Source: a phage. From it: a DNA stretch of 64,000 bases. Where the stretch lies: the sequence record PZ171033.1. One strand, given 5' to 3'. The notes beneath the pieces were generated by a model. The model was not told where the DNA came from and did no database searches. It saw only the letters and a program-made list of their open reading frames with translations. Positions 28,401 through 37,944 of this stretch are shown piece by piece (the stretch's first letter is position 1; the number at the start of each line of letters is the position of its first letter). The position numbers and the translations under genes were made by a program.

Positions 28401-31400
28401 CTTTAGTTAACTCTTCAGACATAACTTCACGGGACATTTTATGTACCTTGATGCCTAATGCCTGAGCCAGACCTAACTGGAAGTCAGAGAACGCTTGGCT
28501 GTTTTCATTACTCAAGTCGATAGTAGAGAAGGTTGGTAGGATTGCTTCACGAACCAGCTTACTGGATTGTGGGTTGTTCTTACCAAGCATCTGCATACGA
28601 CCTACACGGGTCATGTTATAACCGTAGTGGATAGGTGTATCCAGACCATTCTCTTGTTCTCGTATCTGATTAATTACACCGAACAGAGAATCATATGCCA
28701 TAGACACGGACAGGTTTTTACCTTCCAAAGATTTAGCAGTGTTCGCGTTCAGTAATTCTGGATTAAGAGTACCAGCACCCATCAGTTCCAGAATGTTGTC
28801 ACGCCCCAATGCTTCATAGAAGTTAACCATTGGCATATGTACACGGAACTCGGTAGCCTGTTCAGCTTTCAGTGCAGCCTTCTGTTCAGGGGTATTCTTA
28901 ACAGCAGGGTTACGCAACTGAGTCTGAGCCACAGAAGGAATGTCATCACCAAAGTACATTTTCTCTTCTGGTTCTAAGAGGACAGCTTCCTCAATAGCAG
29001 TAGGGAATTTATTAATGGCATCATTGTCATCCAACTTCTCAATGGTATACAGACCAACAGTCTTATTGGAGTCTGGGTCAATCTCAGACACATCCAACAT
29101 AGACTCTTTAACTTCACCCATCTCAATGAGAGAAGACAGAATCTCTGTAGCCATTGCCATTGGGATACCTTTGGTATAACCCAGCGGTGCATTAGGATTA
29201 CGATTCAAACCCCAGTAGGATTCAATCTTCTGAGCCAGTGAGTTAGTAGCTTCAACCAGGGTCTGGGCATTCTCGAACTCAGCCAGAATACCTTCTGGTA
29301 ACAGAGATGCTTCTACGCCTGTAATAGCAGCTACGTCTTTCATATCTTTAATGGCAGCATTCTGTGTAGTAGTCAGTCGCCATTGCAAACCAGCAAGCAC
29401 AGCAGTCTCTAACAACTGGTCGTTGAACTTAAAGGTATCCCCATCTTGTTCAACTATATTCAGCAGTTTGCCACCTACCCAACGGTTAGCTTCAGTACCT
29501 TCTGCAAAACGTTTACCAACGTTCTTATTAGCAAGGAACTTAGCCAGACGTTCAGACAAAGTAGTCTTCAGAGTTTCACCAAAGTCCATTAAGTCCTGAT
29601 AACGCTTAATCACATCACTAGTGAGAGCGTTATTTTCTTTTTGAGTGAATGCCTCAAAGCGAGCAGCAGAAGACAGTGCTTGCTTAATATCAGTCAAAGG
29701 AGATTCTGAACCAATGGTACGGGACTTAGGTTCTTCCGGTAAGGTAAATGCTTTCAGGAACTGGTTCGGTGTCTTTTCATTGTTATAGACAGGGAACACT
29801 GTTTCCATTTCTGTTTTGGTTTCAGCTACTTCCTGGATGGTATCCTCATTCTTGAGAATAGCATCTACTGTTTCAGGCTTAGTAGTAGAGACTTCTTCTG
29901 TTTTTGGACTAGTCTCCTTAGTAGGAGCAGTCTTATTTTCTACCACAGGTTTAGCTTTAGGCTGTACAGTAGTAGTGTCCTCTTGCACTGGTGCAGGAGA
30001 TTCATCAACCTGATTCACTGGTTCATTAGTCTGTTGAGACTGAGTGGCATCAAGACCACCTTGACGGAACTCTTTAACTACCTGGGCAGCAGGCTTGTTC
30101 AGACGTGAATCCAACGAGGTAACTTTCACATGAGAAACATTAAGCTCCGGGTAAGCCGTAGCAAGTGCATTAGCAATATCAGCTACGGTTTTGGCTTCCA
30201 GTCCTACTTGCTGGGCAAACTTAACAGACTTGGTATCGTAAGGATTGACACCGAGGCCAGTACGACTACGTACCCATTCACGGGAAGGCGAGAGAGCCTG
30301 ATAATGAACAGACTTATTCTTATCCGCATTCCCCGAAATCAGATGCTCATTCAACGCTCCGACCTTATTCTGCATGTGCTGGGCGAACTTCATAAAGTCG
30401 CTCAGATAAGCGGAGGCCAAATCGAAGTTACCAGAGTTATACGCAGAACGAATGCGTTTCGCATGTTGCAACGCAGAGTACTGTCCTTCATTAGAACGAG
30501 ACTCGTCGGTTTTAATCTGTTTACTAACAATGTCTTGAGGACGTAAGCCTAGTTCTTCTGCTTTAGCGTCGAACTCACGTGCACCCTGTAACAAGGCAGC
30601 AGCAGATTGCAGGGCAGCACGTTGACGATTCCCCAGTGTAATCTTACCTTCACTTGCGTGCTTCAGAACCATGTTCACTGAATCTGCATCCAGTACTTCT
30701 GGAGACACATCAGCAGCCATAGCAATGTTGTTTGCTTGGGCTTGATTAGCTTCTTCAGTAGCTTTCAGCTTACCTGCTTCAGCCTGTTCCTGAATCATGG
30801 AATGGATGGCACGGAATGCACGGAGTACTTTAGGGGTATTCTGTACGTTAGCCATCAAGCCAGAGAACTGGTCTACGATTGTAGCAGCAGGAGAACCTTG
30901 TTCCAGATTAGCCAGAGCACCTGGGTCACGGTTAATGAAGCTATCCATAGACATGATGTTGTCATACATCTGGATTGCAGCTTCCATTTGAACGTTAGGG
31001 TCTTCAGCAGTATTAACCAGGTCAGCCATCTTCTGAATAGCTTCAACACGGTTAGTGGAACCAGAAACAGCTTCACGGATTGCCGGGTTAGCTTGTTCCA
31101 ATTCTACCGGGTCAAACTTCATTGCCTGAGTTAAGTCAGCAGCATACTGGGTAGCAGCAGCTTTCTCTTCTGGAGTGATGTCCATTGCATCCACTGCTTC
31201 TTGTACAGTTGCCTGTGCTTGTTCTGCCTGAGCAGCAGCTTCCTGTGCAGCAGCATTAACCGTAGCATCAGCTACAGGGGATGCTTGTTCATTACGCTTA
31301 GCAACTTCTTCACCACGTTGAATCAGGATGTTAGTAAGAGGGGATGCAGCTTTTGCTAATGTTTTGCCAACCAGAGAAGCACCAGCCAGGGTAGTACGAA

Positions 31401-32760
31401 GAGCAGGGCCAGCAGAAGCACCAACTGCTTTAACAGTTGTACCAGGAGCTTGAGCAACCCCAGCACTACCGAATCCATAAAGTGCACCCAGACCTGCTTG
31501 CTCACCAACCCCTTTGAGGGTGTCACGGGATGCATCAACGTTTTCTTTGATTGCAGTATTCTGTGCGAACTGACCAAAGCCGGATTGAATACCTTCTTCG
31601 ACTGTTTCACGTAGCATATTAGAACCAGCACCTGCCAGTGAACCTACCTTAAGTGGGTTAAGTTCAAAGCGAGATACCAGTGGACCGGTAGCAGCAGCAA
31701 CTGGAGCAGTTAAGCCAGCAGCAATGATACCTGTTTCAGATGCAGTCTGACGTCGTGCTTCATCAGGAGATAAACCATCAGCAATATGTTGCTGGTAAAC
31801 AGGAGACTTACTTGCCAGTTCTTGGTGGGACATCTTCATGATTTCAGAAGCAGTCTGTTGGTATGCACCACCAGCTTCCATACCACCAATTGCAATAGCA
31901 GGTGCAGCAACACGACCAGCAGACAGTGCAACCTGTGCAGGACGTGAACCTAACCCAGCAGCTAAGGTAATACCTTTAACAGCTTTATCACCTCCTACCA
32001 TTACTTTACCTAATGCAGATACACCACGGATAAGTGGACCACCAGTAAAGAGGGAACCAACACCTTCACTCAGTCCGTCGGAAGCAGCCATACCATTATC
32101 AAGTGTATTAGCAACAGAATCAAAAGCGTCACGACCAATACGAGACAGGGAGGCAACCAAATCGCTCTCTCCGTTTTTTATATCTTGTTCATAGAGTTTC
32201 TGGTTCTTTTGGGCAGAAATCTGGTTCTGATTCTGAACAACTTTACGGGTAGCATTCAGTGCATCAGACTGTAGATTGTGTACACCTTCATTCAACCAAT
32301 CCATCCCGGAAGCAATGGATGCCCCGGCATTATCATTGACCAGACCTGTGCCAAGAGCAGCAATGCCCCCAAGGGTATTAGCAACACCAAGACCAACACC
32401 AGAAAGAGTATCGCCAAATGCTTCTGCGTTAGTACGTTGTTTAGATAAGCCCTGACGTACAACATCAGTAGCATTAGCTCGGCTATTAAGAATCTGTAAA
32501 CCTTGCTCATTACCATACTTATTAATGATTTCTAAGGGAGAGGCTTGAGTGAAATCTGCCTGAAGTGAACCGGGTTCGAATGCACCGATTCCAAGATTAC
32601 CTACTCGTCCAGTCTGGAGATTGTAAGCGTTCTCTGGGGTTAATTGGAAAGGGCTTTGCCCTTGTGCAGCTTGCTTCTGAGAGGTTGCAGTAGAGACATC
32701 GACTTGCTTAGCATTAGTGATGCTGTCTGCGAAACCTGCCAGACGGTCAAATGTTGACAT
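22408..32760 (-). CDS. giant virion-encapsidated RNA polymerase (N4 vRNAP-like)
   Basis: About 3450 aa; T7-like motif B KRGIAKNPLTITIYGSGARG; start set to ATG 32760 with AGGAAAC RBS (ORF track 32778 is TTG). Confidence 0.85.
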   Translation of the reverse strand: MSTFDRLAGFADSITNAKQVDVSTATSQKQAAQGQSPFQLTPENAYNLQTGRVGNLGIGAFEPGSLQADFTQASPLEIINKYGNEQGLQILNSRANATDVVRQGLSKQRTNAEAFGDTLSGVGLGVANTLGGIAALGTGLVNDNAGASIASGMDWLNEGVHNLQSDALNATRKVVQNQNQISAQKNQKLYEQDIKNGESDLVASLSRIGRDAFDSVANTLDNGMAASDGLSEGVGSLFTGGPLIRGVSALGKVMVGGDKAVKGITLAAGLGSRPAQVALSAGRVAAPAIAIGGMEAGGAYQQTASEIMKMSHQELASKSPVYQQHIADGLSPDEARRQTASETGIIAAGLTAPVAAATGPLVSRFELNPLKVGSLAGAGSNMLRETVEEGIQSGFGQFAQNTAIKENVDASRDTLKGVGEQAGLGALYGFGSAGVAQAPGTTVKAVGASAGPALRTTLAGASLVGKTLAKAASPLTNILIQRGEEVAKRNEQASPVADATVNAAAQEAAAQAEQAQATVQEAVDAMDITPEEKAAATQYAADLTQAMKFDPVELEQANPAIREAVSGSTNRVEAIQKMADLVNTAEDPNVQMEAAIQMYDNIMSMDSFINRDPGALANLEQGSPAATIVDQFSGLMANVQNTPKVLRAFRAIHSMIQEQAEAGKLKATEEANQAQANNIAMAADVSPEVLDADSVNMVLKHASEGKITLGNRQRAALQSAAALLQGAREFDAKAEELGLRPQDIVSKQIKTDESRSNEGQYSALQHAKRIRSAYNSGNFDLASAYLSDFMKFAQHMQNKVGALNEHLISGNADKNKSVHYQALSPSREWVRSRTGLGVNPYDTKSVKFAQQVGLEAKTVADIANALATAYPELNVSHVKVTSLDSRLNKPAAQVVKEFRQGGLDATQSQQTNEPVNQVDESPAPVQEDTTTVQPKAKPVVENKTAPTKETSPKTEEVSTTKPETVDAILKNEDTIQEVAETKTEMETVFPVYNNEKTPNQFLKAFTLPEEPKSRTIGSESPLTDIKQALSSAARFEAFTQKENNALTSDVIKRYQDLMDFGETLKTTLSERLAKFLANKNVGKRFAEGTEANRWVGGKLLNIVEQDGDTFKFNDQLLETAVLAGLQWRLTTTQNAAIKDMKDVAAITGVEASLLPEGILAEFENAQTLVEATNSLAQKIESYWGLNRNPNAPLGYTKGIPMAMATEILSSLIEMGEVKESMLDVSEIDPDSNKTVGLYTIEKLDDNDAINKFPTAIEEAVLLEPEEKMYFGDDIPSVAQTQLRNPAVKNTPEQKAALKAEQATEFRVHMPMVNFYEALGRDNILELMGAGTLNPELLNANTAKSLEGKNLSVSMAYDSLFGVINQIREQENGLDTPIHYGYNMTRVGRMQMLGKNNPQSSKLVREAILPTFSTIDLSNENSQAFSDFQLGLAQALGIKVHKMSREVMSEELTKALEGKLKPAVDMMVEFDKSGHLPTDAVDILKTSLGSDKSFVALMALMEYARYLNSDDRANFTTPLYVEADGVTNGPINAMVLMTGGKFTPDWIKNTAKGGLFFGRAGKTMNEHCSIDDNVDLYEASTNGLQQALNELRTTYRNNVPVMSQMNHLQKLMDLFIKDFNLNEDGTLDLKRGIAKNPLTITIYGSGARGIAGKMVSAITDTIYERFSDVLQARAADPSISPAMAMFGKEAASEADAQAMLDTFLTSMEALTGNVPVMRKGELSIQQVDGALTGKLDPQKFTVSGNALKNLQENMLHLFVEPMRTGIRNTVGEGLMHSTENLQKATQIQSLVLQDMFQQAVQAKLAEKEKDPTWKKGDFLTQKELNEIQESLSSLAPMIETGSQTFYIAGSENTDVANQVLATNLDDRMRVPMSIYAPSQAGVAGIPFMTIGTGDGMMMQTLSTMKGAPKNTLKIFDGMNIGINDITDASRKANEAVYTSWQGNPIKNVYDSYAKFMKNVDFSKLSDETKQAIAKSALEYDQREGATDDLLRVGAEQIERNLRNIALGVDIRHKVMDQVQVTVDQMAAVGAPYVNNGKISLEGLTVDQQVAKLNELFDAELNKRREAVRATKAEPVEEVPAMEQVGRVLKSGVRLLSNTAITKLAKEMSPEQQEVLKEIQKSLAAKDYKVVYGTPAQLDAYAIEKNITRPAPEDIEAAEAGNAYGWTNFEDKTIYLVTPSLETLVHELVHASTFESVLAHYEGTPNEAVQNIEDLMNQFRALDVRDESPAVREAYADALNTINGHLSNGFIEPAMAKAAALNEYMAWGLTNRELISKQKKTTALKTMVQAVYEAIKRLVFGRKKAPANAEDMFSGLLFNSAVVMRGQAPTAAVAKDTTLFHNKAYGENTRLEELGKTFDKLITNYIGSEPVQQVIRKGKFSDAVVNATKVTRDVQAHGFTMNMQEQRLFTNIVAALATEAAVNPAAMARAQEYYTHVTKNLTVEAFMADPDSTNPADRYYAQQKFDTIMGANNIEFDAQGRSSLLPTFVGLAMVSEEVRKVLADIPVMKADKKSGNTVDAMLTNIGTAAMASLNARVAGDTKATNVQEGMDALAQTIMQTSLNAESFYDSVATPTGNAIDRANQYLVDSIDVLSTRALEGAREVAANTNNPLVKGAAHAAQLVAAIATEKNGAIVAEGVMAAMNQGKVWQPFHDLVNDLTGRTKSNASVYDLIKAVRAQVQADRQQFREHLPTTIASKFSRKLTNDEWKVMHTGMGKTDLAVLRDTMSLAEIRDLLTDQKIVDREVNKLEADLQKQAGRNWPLINRKSKQLAQYMINGTVGKNLLRNATAISRMLGERQAARSTVDVAQLDKLITLYALEAMNKSDREMLSSLAQTEVDGMDFATSYLVGQRKDEMAKAKSDMRATLNQYKGHIPSETKQGVNLIVAEDSQFADLIEKSYVRLGTYQGSSANRGPARSYYFAPVQAQAPFSQGILQNVRNTAGGVDLGTGFTMGTMVAGRITDKPSVDRITKALARGERGNEPLLPVYDANGNVVAYEQSIDPNMLKHIEGENHLARAIGVWRGRQVEEAKAQRFNDMLIENLHSMYENDIKMSASNKSQYVNLLGSKLDPVTADALKLMNSETRQKAESLFGPGELWVRRDMLNDALGYRAASVGDAWSGNSRWSQETLDTFKKAMLGVFGNRAYKYVMGGENLVQNLVKEAKTLIVVKSVVVPAVNFLANLYQMVARGVPVKNIAKSIPQKTAEINQYLKSRLRQVDAEAELRAATNPNQIRKLKAEIQSISDSHKRLSIWPLLEAGEFSSIADAGIGRDDILITEGKLHEYMDKLADKLPKSVRNAGRYALITKDTALFQGIQKTVEYSDFIAKAIIYDELTQRKGKTREEALGRVTEEFINYDRLPGRFRGYMESVGLMWFYNFKIRSAKVAVSMIRNNPVHAAMAMLAPTPTMFGNVGLPIQDNIFSIAAQGNLGYSFGFGQGLRAHNLNPWMNLIN

Positions 32761-32823
32761 AGCATGTTTCCTGTTCAAACTTATATCGTATATAGGTAAC
32801 TTACTCTACAGTAAGCCAGTTAA

Positions 32824-32851
32824 AGAAAAAAGCCCCGTAGGGCTTTTATTA
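32824..32851 (-). terminator. intrinsic terminator upstream of vRNAP
   Basis: AGCCC-CGTA-GGGCT with T-rich flanks on both strands. Confidence 0.5.
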
Positions 32852-32854
32852 GTA

Positions 32855-34819
32855 TTACCGATTTTGTCTTGGTTGCATATACTCAGGCAGTCCTTGTGCC
32901 TGACGTAAGTACCGTGCAGCACGTTCTTCATCTTCCTTGGCTCGTGCCCTGTCCACACTAGCCTGTGACTGAAAACCTCTTGGAGCCAGGTTAGCTGGGT
33001 CAGCTTGTACTTGTGCCTGTGCAGCTTGGAGCATTGCAGCAGCTTTAGTAACAGCCTCCTGTCGTGCAGGTAACAGTGCAGTAAGACCACTTTGTCCGGT
33101 GTTAATCTTATTCTGGGTATTTGCCAGTGCAGCTACAGCAGCATCATATGCAGTCTGTGCTGCCTGAATGTTCTGCATAGCCTGAGCACGACCTAGGTTA
33201 CGAACACTACCTTCTAATGGTTCACCTCGTTTTACACCCTCAATTAACTGTTCTACCTGACGGTCATTAAGACGCATACCATTACCGGCTTCATTGGTAA
33301 TGAATGGGTTAACTGCATCAATAGCACGACTAATATAACCTTCCGGTACACCAGTCTGTGCACGTTGCATAACAGCAGCAGCCATAGCTGGTGACATATT
33401 CCCACGTTGGGAAATATCATTCAGTCGGTTCAGTACCCAGTTACGGTCAGCACCTTTAAAGTCACCCTCCAACAGACGGTTAGCAATCTCACCTACTGGG
33501 GTATTATCGGTGACAGTACCAAGGAAGTCAGTGTTAAGACTACCGGTGTTATCCTGCATAGAACGAGTACCAATCATACCAGTAGCCAGAGTAGATACTG
33601 CCTGATTACCTTGGTTATTCTGAACCATAGCTAGTGGGTCAGCCCCCACTTCTGCTTGAGCAATAACAGGTTTAATCTGTTCCCAAGTCATATCCTTATA
33701 AGCACCTGGAGCAGAGTTAGGGAGTGCAGCCCAAGTATCTTTAAGGTTACCGTTCTTACGGGCCTCGAAGATAGCCTTACCAATCTTATCCTGGTTCTCA
33801 GGAGAAAGAGGCTGGCTTTGCCAATCTGAACCAAGAACTTTAGGAGCGAAGTCTTTCAGAGTAGCTTGGTTAATCTGGAATGCACCAACAGGTGAAGCAC
33901 CTTGGTTCTTCTTCATACCATCCTGGTGTTTAATTACATCACCAATACTCATTTGAGTAATAGGAGTAGATGTACTGGCAAACTGGTAAGTAACATCATA
34001 AGGAGAACCCTGACGAGTACCAGCAGTACCTGGAGCAGATGTAGCACCAACATTATTACCGTAAACACCCGGGTATGCTCGTGCAAGCATTTCCTGCAAA
34101 CGTGCCTGTGCAACCGGGGACAGGTTCTTACTATATGCTTCTGCCAACAGACGGGCATCATTAGGGTTCTCAGCACCACGAGTAATCTGTGACATTACAC
34201 CCATAGCTGCCTGACTATCAGCATCATTACGTTGGGCAACACCTAAATCAAAACGGTTCTGTGCCTGATTAATAGCCTGACCACCCTGACCTTGAAGACG
34301 ACCCAACATGTCCAATTGTTGGTCAGCAGGGAGTGCAGACAGTGCATCACGGGTCTGACTTAATGCAGCATTAATACGGTTCTGGTCGCCGGACTGATAA
34401 GCCTCAGACAGCAAACGAATAGCTGGGGAAGCATTATCTAATGCAGTGTTAGTATCCTGTAAACGACCAAAGCGATATGCATTGTAGTCATTGGTTCCCT
34501 GCTGACCTTGTTGGGTCAGTAATGTACCTGCTCGCTCATCCAGATTCTGGAGAGTACGTTGGTTTACCAATGAGGGGTCAACCCCCTGAAACAGTGCACC
34601 GGATGCTAAAGCATTACGGTACTCATTCGGGTCTTGATACTGCATAGCATTCATCATGACGGCATTGCCAGCCTCCTGCTTGGCAGCGTTCTGGAAATTA
34701 CCCAGTGCATCACTTAAGCCGGAGGTGGCGTTACCAATCATGCTGCCAAATGTGCGAATGCTGTCACCAACTCCAGAGAAGTTAGGTGCATCAACATTTC
34801 TCCACGTTATCTGAGCCAT
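32855..34819 (-). CDS. virion protein, likely co-injected with vRNAP
   Basis: 654 aa, Q/A-rich; first gene upstream of vRNAP in late operon. Confidence 0.55.
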   Translation of the reverse strand: MAQITWRNVDAPNFSGVGDSIRTFGSMIGNATSGLSDALGNFQNAAKQEAGNAVMMNAMQYQDPNEYRNALASGALFQGVDPSLVNQRTLQNLDERAGTLLTQQGQQGTNDYNAYRFGRLQDTNTALDNASPAIRLLSEAYQSGDQNRINAALSQTRDALSALPADQQLDMLGRLQGQGGQAINQAQNRFDLGVAQRNDADSQAAMGVMSQITRGAENPNDARLLAEAYSKNLSPVAQARLQEMLARAYPGVYGNNVGATSAPGTAGTRQGSPYDVTYQFASTSTPITQMSIGDVIKHQDGMKKNQGASPVGAFQINQATLKDFAPKVLGSDWQSQPLSPENQDKIGKAIFEARKNGNLKDTWAALPNSAPGAYKDMTWEQIKPVIAQAEVGADPLAMVQNNQGNQAVSTLATGMIGTRSMQDNTGSLNTDFLGTVTDNTPVGEIANRLLEGDFKGADRNWVLNRLNDISQRGNMSPAMAAAVMQRAQTGVPEGYISRAIDAVNPFITNEAGNGMRLNDRQVEQLIEGVKRGEPLEGSVRNLGRAQAMQNIQAAQTAYDAAVAALANTQNKINTGQSGLTALLPARQEAVTKAAAMLQAAQAQVQADPANLAPRGFQSQASVDRARAKEDEERAARYLRQAQGLPEYMQPRQNR

Positions 34820-34831
34820 GATGGTTTCCTA

Positions 34832-35275
34832 TTAACGAGTTAGTTTATTAGCAGCAATGTAAGCATCAGCCGAAGACTGGTCACGGTTCTCTGCTGTAGC
34901 ACGGCTACGAGCACGGTCTTCCAGTGCAGTGTTATAAGACTTAATCTGGTTATTCAGGTTAGTGTTAGTAACACTCTTAGTAAAGTTCAACTGGTCTTTG
35001 GCTAACTTGTTAGCCTGGAAACCACTATAGATACCAGCTAAGGAACCAAGTGCACCAAGTCCTAGTTGAAAGGTGGGTACGTTCATACCCAACTGATTAG
35101 CTGAACCAGATAAGAAGGAAGTTGGGGAAGCCACTCCTGTACCTGCATTCATACCAATAGCTGCACCAGGGGTATAGTTCATAGCTGGGGTATTAAAGTT
35201 CTGATTGTTATTAGACATCCAAGACATAGCAGCTGGCTGTGGGGTTTGGTTGCCTGTTAAGAATGACAAATCCAT
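34832..35275 (-). CDS. virion protein
   Basis: ATG 35275 with AGGAGA RBS. Confidence 0.5.
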   Translation of the reverse strand: MDLSFLTGNQTPQPAAMSWMSNNNQNFNTPAMNYTPGAAIGMNAGTGVASPTSFLSGSANQLGMNVPTFQLGLGALGSLAGIYSGFQANKLAKDQLNFTKSVTNTNLNNQIKSYNTALEDRARSRATAENRDQSSADAYIAANKLTR

Positions 35276-35288
35276 GAGGATTCTCCTG

Positions 35289-37943
35289 TTAAACAAGGTC
35301 TGTATTAAGAGTCATATCAGAGTAGCTTCCAATCATGTTTAAAGACATGTCAGCTATATCTGAACCAGTCATGAGAGTACGTGAGAGGAAAGAATCCATC
35401 GACTCCATTGACACAAATTGCATAGGGTCAATTACACCCTGCCCAGCAGTACCAAACATTTCTTCATACTGCTTATTGATTGCCATCATATCAGTATTGT
35501 ACTGCTGCATTACATTCTCTGCTTTCTGAATAGTAGCAGCCGTAGATGCATTAATATACTGACTAATACCATTACCCACTGAACTGGTAAGTTGCATTAT
35601 GTTCTGAGCATTCATCATTTCACTGGCTAAGGTAGATAAAGATGTACCAGTAGATAAAGCAGTACCAACATTCATAGCTACCATTGAAGCAACAGCAGCA
35701 ATGATAAAACCTAGCTTATCACCAAACAGTGAAGTAGATACTTTAGTGACAATAGATATCATAATCATTGCAGCAATGGCGTTTGCTACAGCACCCACTA
35801 TTACAGCAGCTAATCCAACAAAACCAAGTGATGCGCCAACTGCACTGTAAGCCCCAAGAATACCTGCACCACCAGCACCCATAGTGAATACAGATACAAC
35901 GACAGCAACTACAACGACCACTATCTTAAAGACAGAAGTTTGATACCACTTCTTCTTAACCTTCTTATACGAGTTCATTACTAAGTAGGAACAGGCAGTA
36001 GACAGTTGAGTACTACGAGTCAGTGACATTGAACGGTAGATGTTAGTGTGTAGTGGAATAATGAATCCACTCTCTTCTGCATCACCCATTGCTTCAGCAA
36101 CATCAATGTTCACTGATTTATTTTTATATACTCTATTGTTGTGGTTTAGGCCCAATACCCTAAGTTTACGATAAGTGTTATTACCATCCTGCCAAAGCAA
36201 CTCATACTCCTGCATGGAATAAAACGTAGTGGTAACTTCCAGTTTCTTAGTAGAACCAGAGTTACTGGCAGTACGTATGTTCTTACGGGTAAGAGTTATA
36301 TCCCCTGCATATCTGGCTCGAAGTTGTCCTTGTTTAGCACCAGTCCATGCTTCACCTGAATGGGTAGTTTCAGACACATAGTTCCAACCAATAGTCATGT
36401 CATACTTATATTGCTTATTACTATGTACCCTAAACTCTCGCTTAGGTATGACAGGGTATTCTGGCAAGGGTGGAGGTGTTCCAACAGTTTGTCCTTCATA
36501 CCTGTTCCACCATTCCACATATGCATCAACTGCATCATTTGCTGCCTGATAACCTGCAATCACTGCTTCCAGTGTAGGGTAGGTTGGATCAGGTGGGAAT
36601 GCTTCAGTAGCCATCTGAAAGAAACGGTAGATGTATTCCTTAGCAGTATCTTCTGGAGTATTAAGAGATACACCGAATGTGCCATAGATGTATTGAATAT
36701 CACCTATGTCGTCATTCTTCTTAAGCTCAGTCACTACTTTATCAAGCTTACCACCAGTAGCTTTATAGAGTGCCTTCTTACAGTGAGGGTAGATTGGGTC
36801 ATTCTCTACCCATTGTTTATCATTCCTGATTGGAATGAATGGATAGAATCGGTTATCGGTAGCTTCAGTCTCAAACAGTGAATCAAGTACAACGTTACCT
36901 GAGTTATGCTTATAGATAAGCATCTTAGGTGTACCAACAGCAGTCATCTCAGTATCAGTGCGAGTAGTCTGGGATGAGTACTTACGAACCAGTGTCTCTG
37001 TAGTTGTAGTGATTGTATCTGTGCGAGTAACACCACCACCTAAATCAACAACATTGGTAGTTACAGTAGTACTGGATTGAACTTCACCAAACTTTGTATG
37101 AGTCATTACCCTATCAGATACAACCACAGTTACATCATCAGGTTTCTCAGTAAATCCTCTACGGTAAACCTTAACGTAAGAGTTCCAGTTATCCACACTT
37201 GGTTCAGTAACAGTACTGTCTTCATCCGGCCTACCATCAGAGTAAACAGAATGAGTCTGTATAGTCTTAGTAAGATTGGTTGTATTAGCTGTCGTATCAC
37301 TTGAGATGGTAGTCCATAGCAGGGTAGATGGTAAGTCATCCTCGTCATCGTAGACAGTAGTCGGTCCTACTACCGGTGGATTGGTAGTAGGGGACTTATA
37401 GAATGAGTAATCAGCATAGAGATACAAAGCACCTGGTTCAAAGTTAGTAGGTGTGAATGTAATAGTGGAACCTCCATCCAGAGAGGTCATAGTAATTTCA
37501 TTGGTATCTTCATCAATGTCTACGTCGAATCGTTCCATGATTCGACTTGGGGCATTATCATAAAGATATTGATCACACCATTGCTCAAAATCAGCAAAGC
37601 CAATCTCTGCTGCCTGAACATAGACAGATTCTCCAGCAGGTGGAGTAATTTGACCCTCTATAACAGTAGGGTCAATCTTAGCCAGTACGCCTAATGAAGA
37701 ACCTGCCATGCCAACTTCTGAATCATAGTGGTTCTTGCTCCAGCTGGAGAACAGTCGCATACGAATACCGGGTCCATTCAGATAACTATCGGAGATAGTG
37801 TCTGCCATAGTGAATCCTGTATTGGAAACAATGTTACCAATGACTACAGTCTTCATATAGTTTGGGCGTTTATGGATATCCCCTGCCATGTTATAGACAG
37901 AGGATGCTACGTATACTTTGGTCTTCCCACTGAATAAGCCCAT
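35289..37943 (-). CDS. large virion protein with hydrophobic transmembrane-like segments
   Basis: 884 aa; long hydrophobic stretch VVVVVAVVVSVFTMGAGG... Confidence 0.6.
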   Translation of the reverse strand: MGLFSGKTKVYVASSVYNMAGDIHKRPNYMKTVVIGNIVSNTGFTMADTISDSYLNGPGIRMRLFSSWSKNHYDSEVGMAGSSLGVLAKIDPTVIEGQITPPAGESVYVQAAEIGFADFEQWCDQYLYDNAPSRIMERFDVDIDEDTNEITMTSLDGGSTITFTPTNFEPGALYLYADYSFYKSPTTNPPVVGPTTVYDDEDDLPSTLLWTTISSDTTANTTNLTKTIQTHSVYSDGRPDEDSTVTEPSVDNWNSYVKVYRRGFTEKPDDVTVVVSDRVMTHTKFGEVQSSTTVTTNVVDLGGGVTRTDTITTTTETLVRKYSSQTTRTDTEMTAVGTPKMLIYKHNSGNVVLDSLFETEATDNRFYPFIPIRNDKQWVENDPIYPHCKKALYKATGGKLDKVVTELKKNDDIGDIQYIYGTFGVSLNTPEDTAKEYIYRFFQMATEAFPPDPTYPTLEAVIAGYQAANDAVDAYVEWWNRYEGQTVGTPPPLPEYPVIPKREFRVHSNKQYKYDMTIGWNYVSETTHSGEAWTGAKQGQLRARYAGDITLTRKNIRTASNSGSTKKLEVTTTFYSMQEYELLWQDGNNTYRKLRVLGLNHNNRVYKNKSVNIDVAEAMGDAEESGFIIPLHTNIYRSMSLTRSTQLSTACSYLVMNSYKKVKKKWYQTSVFKIVVVVVAVVVSVFTMGAGGAGILGAYSAVGASLGFVGLAAVIVGAVANAIAAMIMISIVTKVSTSLFGDKLGFIIAAVASMVAMNVGTALSTGTSLSTLASEMMNAQNIMQLTSSVGNGISQYINASTAATIQKAENVMQQYNTDMMAINKQYEEMFGTAGQGVIDPMQFVSMESMDSFLSRTLMTGSDIADMSLNMIGSYSDMTLNTDLV

Positions 37944-37944
37944 A

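Noticed and set aside
22456-32516. Plus-strand ORFs of 60-138 aa scattered through the vRNAP region
   Set aside because: All lie antisense inside the 3450-aa vRNAP gene with no RBS; artefacts of a long ORF on the other strand
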